Position numbers and translations under genes: made by a program. A stretch of DNA of 64,000 nt from Candidatus Uhrbacteria bacterium CG10_big_fil_rev_8_21_14_0_10_48_11 (lineage in GTDB: Bacteria > Patescibacteriota > Patescibacteriia > GWA2-46-9): NCBI GenBank assembly GCA_002793855.1, contig PFET01000012.1, positions 6,222 through 70,221 on the forward strand, read 5' to 3'. Under the pieces are notes generated by a model. The model was given only the letters and a program-made list of their open reading frames with translations. It had not been told where the DNA came from and made no database searches. Shown one piece after another: positions 37,666 to 46,284 of the stretch. Every line of letters starts with the position of its first letter. Positions within the stretch are counted from its first letter, which is position 1.

Positions 37666-37992
37666 TTACTCCGGTTGTGGATAGCGTCCCCTGTTAGCGG
37701 TCGGACGAACTCGCAAGCGCTTAATCCCCTGCTTCGGAAAGGTTGACCTGAGCGCTTCAAGCAGCGCATCAGCGCGTAACTTTAACTCTTGTCCTACTGC
37801 AGTATTTGCCGCGCCTATCGTTATTGTTCCGTGCGCAAATGACACCACCGAAAGGTCGGCTGGATGTAAGTCAGGAAGCATCTGTCGAATAATCAGTTCG
37901 GCATTTTCTACCACGACCGCGGCACTGACTGCTCGATCTGCTCCGGTTCGGTTAAGCGCTCCTTGTAGATAATCTCCTATTGATTTCAGCAT
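37666..37992 (-). CDS. DUF721/DciA-like protein
   Basis: Size and pattern (GTITIGA.NTAVGQEL...IKRLRVR). Confidence 0.7.
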   Translation of the reverse strand: MLKSIGDYLQGALNRTGADRAVSAAVVVENAELIIRQMLPDLHPADLSVVSFAHGTITIGAANTAVGQELKLRADALLEALRSTFPKQGIKRLRVRPTANRGRYPQPE

Positions 37993-37996
37993 ACGG

Positions 37997-40954
37997 TTAG
38001 GCTTGCGAGAACGGACATATAGCTTTAAAGTCGCAATGTCCGCAGGTGTGCTTTGACGGTTTGGGCGGGAACTTGCCGTTATGAATAGTGGCTATGGTCT
38101 CGGTCACTTTTTGCTCAAGTTTATTTAAATCCGCTTCACTCCCTTTGAATGAAAGCGGTTTATTCTCGTTAAGATAATAAAACGTCAGCTGCAACGGTTC
38201 ATCGTGCCAAACTTTCTTAGCGGCGAGCTGGTAGATGAGAAGCTGATCTTTATCGACCTCAGCAAGGCTTGCCGGCACCCTTCCTGTTTTGTAGTCAATA
38301 ATTTCTATGCCACCCTCCACTGCATCAATGCGATCTATTTTTCCGCGTAACGTATAGGGGCCAATTTTTAACACAAAACCTTTTTCTACTGCTGTAGTGT
38401 CAGGCCAGTTACCATCGTGCAGTTTATAAAATGTTTTAAGCGACTGCTTGCCTTTCGCATAATACTCGTCATGCATTTTTCTGCTTGGGTACCATTCGTC
38501 TATCCACGCTTCATCAAAAAAGGCGATAAGATCCGTTAGCGTCGGCATCCCCTCTTGTTTCACCACTTGCTTTTCGTCGGAGAACAACCCTTCTTGCTTC
38601 TTTGCTTTGGCAGCAATGACCCGTTCAAAAAAACGTTCAAGGGCAAGGTGCATCGACTGACCAAAGCTGAAGGTGTGCCGTCCCCAGACCGGTACTTTCA
38701 AAACGTGAGCGTAGCGATACTGTAGCGGGCAGGTGGTAAATGCTTTTAGCGCCGTGTAGCTAAAGTGTTCTGGAATTGGTTCGGGAAATACCACCGGCCA
38801 CATTTCCGGCGCCGTTGCCATCGGAAAGGCGCGGGCACCGTCAGAGCTTAGCGGTGGAGAAAGCGGGATACCGAGCTCTACTAAAAAACGAGAAAGTTTT
38901 TTCTTGCGTACCCCGCCGTAATCTTCCGCTGAGGTAAAATAGAGTCCTTGTTTGGCACGGGTCATCGCCACGTAAAAAAGCCGTCGCTCTTCTTCGAGAT
39001 GAATGTCACCTTCTGGCAAAATTTCTTTCAATAACTCATCAGGCAACACAATGGGTTCGCTTCTCTCGGTCGACGGAAACCTGCGATCGACCAGCCCAAC
39101 AATAAACACATAAGGAAACTCGAGGCCTTTAGCCGCGTGCACGGTCATTAGCTTGACGACATCGGGACCTAGCTCTGGGTCAACAGTAATTGCTCCTGTT
39201 TCTCCTGACTCCATCTCAAAGGCAATCGTCTCCAAAAAATCTCGCAGGCGCGGGTCGTCCTGAGTTACCTCCCACTGCCGAATGCGCTGATAAAACTGGT
39301 TGAGATAACTAAAAGCAACCCGAGCATACTCATCTCCCGCTGCCTCAACCATTTTGGTATAGCCGATATCGGTAAGCGCACTCACTAACAATTCGCTAGG
39401 CGGACGGGAACTAGCCGCTTCGGTGTGTCGCCTGAGCTGCGCAAGCAGCTCATCAATGCTTTTCAACGTCGCCGTTGTCAGGTTCGGTACGACACGAGCA
39501 GAAGTGAGCGCCTGATAAAGCGATAGCGATTTCCGTTTTGCATAATGGCTAAGCTGAATAGCATCCTCTCCAGAAACATTCACTGCTGGGATGCTCAGTA
39601 CCCGCCACAGACTTGGACTCTCGTGGTAGTTATCAAGCAGCCGAAAGTATGACAACACATCAACAATGACCGGCGTTCGATAGAGTCCCCGATTGGAAAA
39701 TGAATGATGCGGAATCCCAGCTCGAACTAGTGCGGAGCTAAACTCGTTAGCCTGATCGTTCGACCGCGAGAGTATGGCAATATCTCCCCAATTCACTTTC
39801 TCTTTCTTGCGAAGCTCGGCAATCTTTTTAACAATGAGCGCCTGCTCATCAGCCAAACTAACGCCATTAAAATGCATTATTTCCCCTTTTGTTTTATTGG
39901 CCGCCCGCAACTTTTTACTTAGCGTCATACCATTAAGCAGGCTAAGCTGATCCTCTAATCTATTTGGATTATTTTGACAGATAAACGTATACGCAAGATC
40001 AAGAATTGATTGAGCAGAACGATAGTTTGTTACCAAAACAACGCTTTTTGCTTTTGGAAAATCTTTTTTGAATTGTAAAATATTACTCATTGACGCTCCG
40101 CGGAAGCGATAAATTGCTTGGTCATCGTCCCCCACAACGGTCAAGTTAGCTCGCTCGCCCGCTAACAATTTAACGAGTTCATACTGCGCCGAGTTAGTGT
40201 CTTGAAACTCATCAACTAATAAATAGCGGAACTGTCGGCGGTAGGTTTCGAGAGTGTCAGGGTGTGCTCTAAATAATCGCAGGGCGTAAACAATGAGATC
40301 GCCAAAATCAAGGGCGCTATGCTCCAGCAAGAGCTGCTGGTACGTATGGTAGGCGCCTGCCACTTCTTCAAGCCGCGCAGATTCGTCTTCTTCGGTATTT
40401 TTTTTGCGCTTGGCCTTTTTTGTGCGCTCGGTATCCTCAGCTAAGCGTTTCTCCTCCGCAAAAGACAGGTACGCTTCCGGATAAATCTCTTCATCTTTGG
40501 CGCGAGAGAAATGACGAACGAGCGCGTGTATAAATTTTGTCGGGTTGCCTAACGGTCGGTAGTAGTTAAGCGTAAAGCGATCCAAATTTTTTCGAACAAG
40601 CAGCCACTGCTCAGTTTCGGTAAGCACTTTGAAATCATACGGTACACCAATAGCTAAAGCGTGTCGCTCGAGTATGCGCTGACAAAAAGAGTGGAAGGTC
40701 GATACCCAAAGATCGGTATAGCCATAGGGAAGGAGTTTATCAACGCGCTCTTCTATTTCTCCTGCAGCTTTATCGGTAAAAGTCAGAGCCAAAATTTCGT
40801 CCGGCTTAGCCAATTTTTTATTAATGAGCCAGGCAAGGCGCTTGGTAATAACGGTGGTCTTCCCAGTGCCCGCGCCGGCAACAATCAGAAGTGGTCCGTC
40901 TCCGTGCGTTACCGCTTGCTCCTGTTCGGTATTTAAATCCTTTAATAACTCCAT
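37997..40954 (-). CDS. UvrD/PcrA-family helicase fused to C-terminal PD-(D/E)XK nuclease
   Basis: AGAGTGKT, VDEFQD, TVHAAKGLEF, EERRLFYVAMTRA; GKIDRID..IIDYKTG, QLLIY; CPLQY and CGHCDFKAIC cysteines. Confidence 0.93.
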   Translation of the reverse strand: MELLKDLNTEQEQAVTHGDGPLLIVAGAGTGKTTVITKRLAWLINKKLAKPDEILALTFTDKAAGEIEERVDKLLPYGYTDLWVSTFHSFCQRILERHALAIGVPYDFKVLTETEQWLLVRKNLDRFTLNYYRPLGNPTKFIHALVRHFSRAKDEEIYPEAYLSFAEEKRLAEDTERTKKAKRKKNTEEDESARLEEVAGAYHTYQQLLLEHSALDFGDLIVYALRLFRAHPDTLETYRRQFRYLLVDEFQDTNSAQYELVKLLAGERANLTVVGDDDQAIYRFRGASMSNILQFKKDFPKAKSVVLVTNYRSAQSILDLAYTFICQNNPNRLEDQLSLLNGMTLSKKLRAANKTKGEIMHFNGVSLADEQALIVKKIAELRKKEKVNWGDIAILSRSNDQANEFSSALVRAGIPHHSFSNRGLYRTPVIVDVLSYFRLLDNYHESPSLWRVLSIPAVNVSGEDAIQLSHYAKRKSLSLYQALTSARVVPNLTTATLKSIDELLAQLRRHTEAASSRPPSELLVSALTDIGYTKMVEAAGDEYARVAFSYLNQFYQRIRQWEVTQDDPRLRDFLETIAFEMESGETGAITVDPELGPDVVKLMTVHAAKGLEFPYVFIVGLVDRRFPSTERSEPIVLPDELLKEILPEGDIHLEEERRLFYVAMTRAKQGLYFTSAEDYGGVRKKKLSRFLVELGIPLSPPLSSDGARAFPMATAPEMWPVVFPEPIPEHFSYTALKAFTTCPLQYRYAHVLKVPVWGRHTFSFGQSMHLALERFFERVIAAKAKKQEGLFSDEKQVVKQEGMPTLTDLIAFFDEAWIDEWYPSRKMHDEYYAKGKQSLKTFYKLHDGNWPDTTAVEKGFVLKIGPYTLRGKIDRIDAVEGGIEIIDYKTGRVPASLAEVDKDQLLIYQLAAKKVWHDEPLQLTFYYLNENKPLSFKGSEADLNKLEQKVTETIATIHNGKFPPKPSKHTCGHCDFKAICPFSQA

Positions 40955-40974
40955 ATTTTAATTATAGCACGCTC

Positions 40975-41013
40975 AAAAAAGGAGCCCGGCGTCGCTGGTA
41001 GCGAACGCCGGGC
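40975..41013 (-). terminator. Terminator closing the Val-leader cassette
   Basis: GCCCGGCGT...ACGCCGGGC then TCCTTTTTT. Confidence 0.75.
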
Positions 41014-41042
41014 ACTGTGTGCGGATACAACCGTAACATCGC

Positions 41043-41222
41043 CTAGTCGTAGGCGATAAATTTGATCCGCGCGATTATCTGGGAAAGACGAGCAATAGTC
41101 GCTATGCCCCGTGTTCCCTGCCGCTTACGCAGCTCCTCCTCAAGCTGCAGCACAGCAGAACGAAGCGCATGCGGCTAAAAACCTGCTCTTTCGACGTGGT
41201 GTGTACCCTCCTTGACTACCCC
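41043..41222 (-). pseudogene. Decayed small ORF or interrupted continuation of the upstream ORF
   Basis: Protein-like frame PHALRSAVLQLEEELRKRQGTRGIATIARLSQIIARIKFIAYD* preceded by SD AAGGAGGG with ACG where a start codon is expected. Confidence 0.4.
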
Positions 41223-41366
41223 CTAGTCGGAGTAGTCATCGGGATCCATGCTTTGGTAATAATCCTCCTTTGCCTTTCTGTCCTCGCACGGGAGGACAAA
41301 ATGCCACGGGCGGATCTCTTCTCGAACTCCCTCCGCCACCTCTAACTCTTCAGTTTCCATTCGCAT
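41223..41366 (-). CDS. Small acidic 47-aa ORF
   Basis: SD AGGAG; MRMETEELEVAEGVREEIRPWHFVLPCEDRKAKEDYYQSMDPDDYSD. Confidence 0.55.
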   Translation of the reverse strand: MRMETEELEVAEGVREEIRPWHFVLPCEDRKAKEDYYQSMDPDDYSD

Positions 41367-41379
41367 ATCCTTCTCCTAT

Positions 41380-41558
41380 GACAAACAACCCCGACGTATG
41401 CCGGGGTGGTTTGGTCTCTATGAATGAACTAGGACCTCAAACTACCCCGTCGTCGACGACGACAATACCACCGACAAGCTTAATGCCGGTAAAATTAAAA
41501 TAGTTTGAGGTAATGCATTGCATTGCTAAAATCATAGCACCAATATAAAACCCGTCAA
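41380..41558 (-). promoter_or_regulatory. Promoter and Val/Ile-sensing attenuator
   Basis: TTGACG-16-TATGAT with TG extension; ACCTCAAACTA/TAGTTTGAGGT (1:2); CGGGGTAGTTTG/CAAACCACCCCG (2:3); ACCCCGGC-ATAC-GTCGGGGT-TGTTTG (3:4). Confidence 0.72.
41437..41523 (-). CDS. Val/Ile-rich leader peptide MQCITSNYFNFTGIKLVGGIVVVDDGVV
   Basis: ATG 7 nt after the -10 box; run I-K-L-V-G-G-I-V-V-V with GTC GTC GTC. Confidence 0.7.
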   Translation of the reverse strand: MQCITSNYFNFTGIKLVGGIVVVDDGVV

Positions 41559-41561
41559 GGG

Positions 41562-42761
41562 CTATTCGTCGTAGAGACGAATGAGCTCGTTGTACTTGTT
41601 GATTCTCTCGTTTCTCGGAGCCCCAATTTTAACCGCATCCGCGCTGCCGGCCTTTGCTAGCTCGATAATAAAGGGATCATCCGTCTCTCCTGAACGATGA
41701 GAGACAATAGTGGTGAGTTTATGCTGGCGAGCGATTTCTAGCGCCCTACACGACTCACTTACCGTTCCTACCTGATTCGGCTTAATGATAACCCCGCTAA
41801 TGCAAGCACGCTCGGCAAACCCCTCAATACGCTTTGGGTTTGTTACCGTAAGATCGTCACCAACAACCGAAAGATTAGGCAATGCCTCCAAAAGAGCGGC
41901 AAACCCCTCAGCGTCATCTTCAGCAAAAGGATCCTCGATACTAATAAGCCTAGGGATTTCGGTAGTAAATTTCTTGTACACTTCAACCATTTCCCCCGCA
42001 TTTATTGTTTTGCCACCAAATCGGTAACTCCCGTCATGATAAAAACTAGAAGCTGCGGCATCAAGCGCCAAGGATAAGCGATCCGAAAGCGACGACTCTT
42101 CTATGAGCGAGCTAAGTATTTTTAATGGTTCTTCATTGTTTTTAAAATCTACACAGTAGCCAGCTTCGTCACCAACCGGCAGTGCTTCCAGCTTACGGGA
42201 AGTGCGGAGCTGTTCCCCCAAAGTTCGGTAGAGAGCCACCAGTTCTTGTGTTAGTTCGGCGTAGGATATTTTTGGAGCAGCCACGAGCATATACTCTTGA
42301 ATAGCAAGATTGTTAGCAGCATGCTCGCCACCATTAATGACATTACTGTAAATGCGCGGACGAACGGCACCACTAACGTGGGCAAAAAACTCTTCGTGCA
42401 GTACCTCTGAAAGTTGCCTTGACTGTTCGGCGGCTAACGCGCGAGAGAGGGCAACAGAAATCGCAAGCGTAATGTTGCCGCCAAGTATAGCCTTGGTATC
42501 TGTTGTATCAATCCCTAGCAGTAGCTCGTCAACTTCATGAACGGAGCCGTACTCTCTGCCGAGCATTGCCTTTCGAAGCGCCTCAATTGACTGTTCGGCT
42601 TCATGGTACGAAAACACTTTTGCCTCTGCACTACCACGACTTTTACCTGAGGGCACCGCAGCACGATGAGAAACACGAGCGCCGTCGAGTGCTACAACTT
42701 CGATGGTCGGCTCACCACGAGAGTCAAAAATTTTTCTGACGCGTAGATCGTCTAACTTCAT
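41562..42761 (-). CDS. eno: Enolase (catalytic motifs intact)
   Basis: DSRGEPT, VPSGKS, NGGEHA, GDEAG, IEDPF, VGDDL, IKPNQ, SHRSGET. Confidence 0.95.
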   Translation of the reverse strand: MKLDDLRVRKIFDSRGEPTIEVVALDGARVSHRAAVPSGKSRGSAEAKVFSYHEAEQSIEALRKAMLGREYGSVHEVDELLLGIDTTDTKAILGGNITLAISVALSRALAAEQSRQLSEVLHEEFFAHVSGAVRPRIYSNVINGGEHAANNLAIQEYMLVAAPKISYAELTQELVALYRTLGEQLRTSRKLEALPVGDEAGYCVDFKNNEEPLKILSSLIEESSLSDRLSLALDAAASSFYHDGSYRFGGKTINAGEMVEVYKKFTTEIPRLISIEDPFAEDDAEGFAALLEALPNLSVVGDDLTVTNPKRIEGFAERACISGVIIKPNQVGTVSESCRALEIARQHKLTTIVSHRSGETDDPFIIELAKAGSADAVKIGAPRNERINKYNELIRLYDE

Positions 42762-43774
42762 TGCTGTGGTACTACATGCTCCGGCTTACCTGCTAAAAAA
42801 GCACGAAGATTGCCATAGGTAACGTCCATAATTCTTTCCATTGCCTCTTGGCTGTTAAACGCATTGTGTGGACTTACCAGAACGTTTGGCATTGTAATAA
42901 GCACCCTATTTTCTAGCGCGAGTTTTACTGCTTCTGGATCAGCGTCAGCGTGGCGCAAGAGCGCCGTTTCGTCACCGATTTCGCCTTCCCCTTCAAGCAC
43001 GTCAAGCGCCGCGCCGGCAACCGTACCGTCTTGTAATGCCGTTACTAACGCATCGGTTTCGATAAGCCCACCGCGCGCTGTGTTTACAATAAATACCCCG
43101 CGTTTAATCTGCTTGAGATTTTTTGCATTCAACAAATGATGCGTCGCCTCACTGTACGGTGCATGCAAGGTGACTACATCAGAGTTAGCCAAAAGTTCGT
43201 CCAGACTAACATAGCGGTAACCAAGCTCCGCTGCCGTTTCTTCTTTCGGATAAGGGTCGTAAGCTAGTACCCGCATATCGAACCCGAGAGCTATGTTGAC
43301 GGATACCATCCCGATACGACCGGTACCAATAATACCAATTGTTTTTCCACTAAGATCAGTACCGCGTAGTTCTTCGGGAGAAAATGGACCAGATTCTTTA
43401 ATACGATCTAGCGCCGTGTATACTTTGCGGGTAAGACTAAGCAGTAATCCAAACGCATACTCGGCAACCGTATGGTCGCCGTACCCAGGGACATAAGAAA
43501 CAATAATTCCGCGCTCTTTACATGCCGCAAGCGCCAGATGATCAAAACCCGTTGAACGGGTCGAAATGAACTTGAGCGCCGGCATCTTAAGCAACTCTTC
43601 CTTGGTCACTTTGGAACTAACAAAAACAGATAGCACCTCTAGCTTTGCCTTGTCTTCGTCGCTGATTTCGGCGAGTGATTTTTTTGCCAAAAACAGCTCC
43701 TCGTCAGGAAATTCTTTTCTAATCCGTTCTTCTTCCCACCCCTCGAGATCGATAAATCCAACAGTGTGCGCCAT
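42758..43774 (-). CDS. D-2-hydroxyacid (D-lactate-like) dehydrogenase
   Basis: GTGRIG, NTARGG, LDVLE, SPHNAF. Confidence 0.9.
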   Translation of the reverse strand: MAHTVGFIDLEGWEEERIRKEFPDEELFLAKKSLAEISDEDKAKLEVLSVFVSSKVTKEELLKMPALKFISTRSTGFDHLALAACKERGIIVSYVPGYGDHTVAEYAFGLLLSLTRKVYTALDRIKESGPFSPEELRGTDLSGKTIGIIGTGRIGMVSVNIALGFDMRVLAYDPYPKEETAAELGYRYVSLDELLANSDVVTLHAPYSEATHHLLNAKNLKQIKRGVFIVNTARGGLIETDALVTALQDGTVAGAALDVLEGEGEIGDETALLRHADADPEAVKLALENRVLITMPNVLVSPHNAFNSQEAMERIMDVTYGNLRAFLAGKPEHVVPQQ

Positions 43775-43780
43775 ACGAAT

Positions 43781-46222
43781 TTACCGTTTCTTTTTACTGA
43801 CCTTCTCAACCGTCTTCTTTCCGAAAGCGAGCAACATAGGAATGACGGCGTCAGGATTAAGTGAGATACTCTCAATACCTTTACTGATTAAGAACTTGCC
43901 AAAGTCTAGATAGTCAGACGGCGCCTGCCCACAAATACCGATATACTTTTTGCGTCGAAGACAAGCGGCAATTGCCATAGCAACCATTTGCTTCAAGGCT
44001 GGCTCGCGCTCGTTAGCGACGTGCGCAACGATACCGCTATCCCTATCAAGACCAAGCGTGAGCTGCGTAAGGTCATTCGAACCAATTGACATACCATCAA
44101 ACACATCCAGAAAGGCATCTGCCTCCATAACGTTTGAAGGTATTTCGCACATAACGTATACCTTCAATTTTTTATCATTGGCGCGATCCAGCTTGTGTTG
44201 TGCCATTACCGCCCGAACCTTACGGCCCTCATCTGGTGTTCGACAAAACGGCACCATCGGCACAACATTAACCATCCCTAGTTTGGTTCGGACACGGCGC
44301 ATTGCCTCGCACTCTAAGCCAAATGCTTTCGTAAACTTTTCGTCGTAGTAGCGTGACGCACCGCGCCACCCAAGCATCGGGTTTTCTTCTACTGGCTCGT
44401 ACCGCTCGCCACCAAGCAATGTTCGATACTCGTTCGTTTTGAAATCAGAAAAACGAATAATGACATCGTGCGGCCAAAAGGTCGCCGCAATTTTTGCGAT
44501 GCCTTCAGTAAGCTTCGCGACGTAGTATTCTCGCTTGTCGCTGTACCCAACGGTTAACTGGTCAATGGCCGCCACTAATTTTTCTGTCTTTTTGTTGTGT
44601 TGCGCCTCTTTTTGTAATTTCGCGTAGTCGATAAGCGCGTTTGGATGAACACCAACGTGTCCGGCAATAATAAACTCAAGCCGTCCAAGACCGACACCCT
44701 CCACCGGAAGCGCATGTAGACGAAACACGTCATCTGGCGAACCAATGTTTACCATAATGTGCGTCTTCATCTTTGGTAGCTTAGGCAAAGAATGACGTTT
44801 GACCACAAACGGTACCTTACCTGCATAGATGTTACCGACTTCTCCTGATGAGCAATCGATGGTAATGAGCTGTCCATTTTTAAGCACTGTTGTTGCTTGA
44901 CTTGTACCGACAATACACGGAATACCAAGTTCTCTTGATACAATTGCCGCATGGCTTGTCCTGCCACCCTTGTCCGTGATAATCGCCGAAGCTATTTTCA
45001 TAATTGGCTCCCAGTCTGGATCGGTTATTTGCGTAACCAGCACTTCTCCTTTTTTGAAACTTCCCATCTGTGAGGCAGATTGAATAGCACGAACCTTCCC
45101 GCTACCAATCGTAGACCAAACGGCAACTCCGCTAAGTAGCGTCTTTCCTTGACCCTTAAGCGCGTACTCGGTGTAGACCGTTTTGTCCGTTAGCGCCTGC
45201 ACGGTTTCTGGTCTGGCCTGAACAATATAGAGCGTGTTGGTCTTGCCGTCTTTTGCCCATTCGATATCCATTGGCTGGTAGTGCCCATGTTTTTTTGAAA
45301 AGTAGCGCTCTATCTCTACGCACCATCGAGCAAGCGTTGTCACTTCTTTGTCGGTTAGGCAGTAAACCGTTTCGTCCTCTTTTTTTACCGAAACCTGCCG
45401 AATGCCAGTTTTTGCATAAATCATTTTTTGCTTTTTCTTACCTAGCGTCCGTTCGATAATTGCCTGCTTGCCAGCCGCCAACGTCGGTTTAAAAACAATA
45501 AACTCATCAGGAATAACTTTACCCTGCACAATCATCTCGCCCAAACCGTACGAACCGGTAACCACGACAACATTTGAAAAGCCGGTTTCGGTGTGTACGG
45601 TAAACACCACCCCGCTTGTCGCGAGGTCAGAACGAACCATAATTTGAACACCAACCGAGAGAGCGACCTTCGTGTGAGAAAAGCCCTTATCGGCCCGGTA
45701 CGAAATGGCACGATCGGTAAAGAGAGAAGCAAAGCAGCGACGAGTCGCGTCAAGAACTGCCTCAGCCCCTTCGATATTAAGAAACGTTTCTTGCTGTCCG
45801 GCAAATGATGCCCCTGGCAAATCCTCTGCCGTCGCGGACGAGCGAACCGCGACCCCAATGCGCTTCCCAAAACGTTTTTCAAGCTCCCCGTAAGAGCGCA
45901 CTATTTCCCTCTCCATGTCCGCAGGAAATGCTGTTTTCAAAAAAAGGTCCCGTACCTGCTTTCCTCGACGTTGTAAATCAGCAACCTTTTTTGTTTTCAA
46001 CACCTTTAAAATACTGGCAATTTTCTTATCAATGGCGTTGTGCGTCACAAACTCTCGGTAGGCATGCGCAGTAATCGCATAACCGTCCGGTACGTTAATA
46101 CCTTTCCGGACGAGTACCTGAAAAAGCTCCCCTAGCGCCGCGTTCTTTCCGCCAACCAGCGGCACGTCTTCAATGTGTAGTTCCCGAAAAGGGATAGTCA
46201 GGCGGTCGGTCTTCTTTGCCAT
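43781..46222 (-). CDS. ppsA: Phosphoenolpyruvate synthase
   Basis: VGGKNA, AVRSSATAEDLP, GGRTSHAAI, ENPMLGWRG, SIGSNDLTQ, GICGQ. Confidence 0.97.
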   Translation of the reverse strand: MAKKTDRLTIPFRELHIEDVPLVGGKNAALGELFQVLVRKGINVPDGYAITAHAYREFVTHNAIDKKIASILKVLKTKKVADLQRRGKQVRDLFLKTAFPADMEREIVRSYGELEKRFGKRIGVAVRSSATAEDLPGASFAGQQETFLNIEGAEAVLDATRRCFASLFTDRAISYRADKGFSHTKVALSVGVQIMVRSDLATSGVVFTVHTETGFSNVVVVTGSYGLGEMIVQGKVIPDEFIVFKPTLAAGKQAIIERTLGKKKQKMIYAKTGIRQVSVKKEDETVYCLTDKEVTTLARWCVEIERYFSKKHGHYQPMDIEWAKDGKTNTLYIVQARPETVQALTDKTVYTEYALKGQGKTLLSGVAVWSTIGSGKVRAIQSASQMGSFKKGEVLVTQITDPDWEPIMKIASAIITDKGGRTSHAAIVSRELGIPCIVGTSQATTVLKNGQLITIDCSSGEVGNIYAGKVPFVVKRHSLPKLPKMKTHIMVNIGSPDDVFRLHALPVEGVGLGRLEFIIAGHVGVHPNALIDYAKLQKEAQHNKKTEKLVAAIDQLTVGYSDKREYYVAKLTEGIAKIAATFWPHDVIIRFSDFKTNEYRTLLGGERYEPVEENPMLGWRGASRYYDEKFTKAFGLECEAMRRVRTKLGMVNVVPMVPFCRTPDEGRKVRAVMAQHKLDRANDKKLKVYVMCEIPSNVMEADAFLDVFDGMSIGSNDLTQLTLGLDRDSGIVAHVANEREPALKQMVAMAIAACLRRKKYIGICGQAPSDYLDFGKFLISKGIESISLNPDAVIPMLLAFGKKTVEKVSKKKR

Positions 46223-46284
46223 AAAATAGTTTTGCTAGTAGTGAATGAGTATAGTATAGCAAACGAAAGTGCTGAAACGAAATG

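Noticed and set aside
26377-41225. Genome-wide TAG recoding suggested by three in-frame TAGs in accessory ORFs
   Set aside because: TAG ends conserved genes (e.g. rpsB, rplA, eno) and RF1 has intact PxT and GGQ motifs
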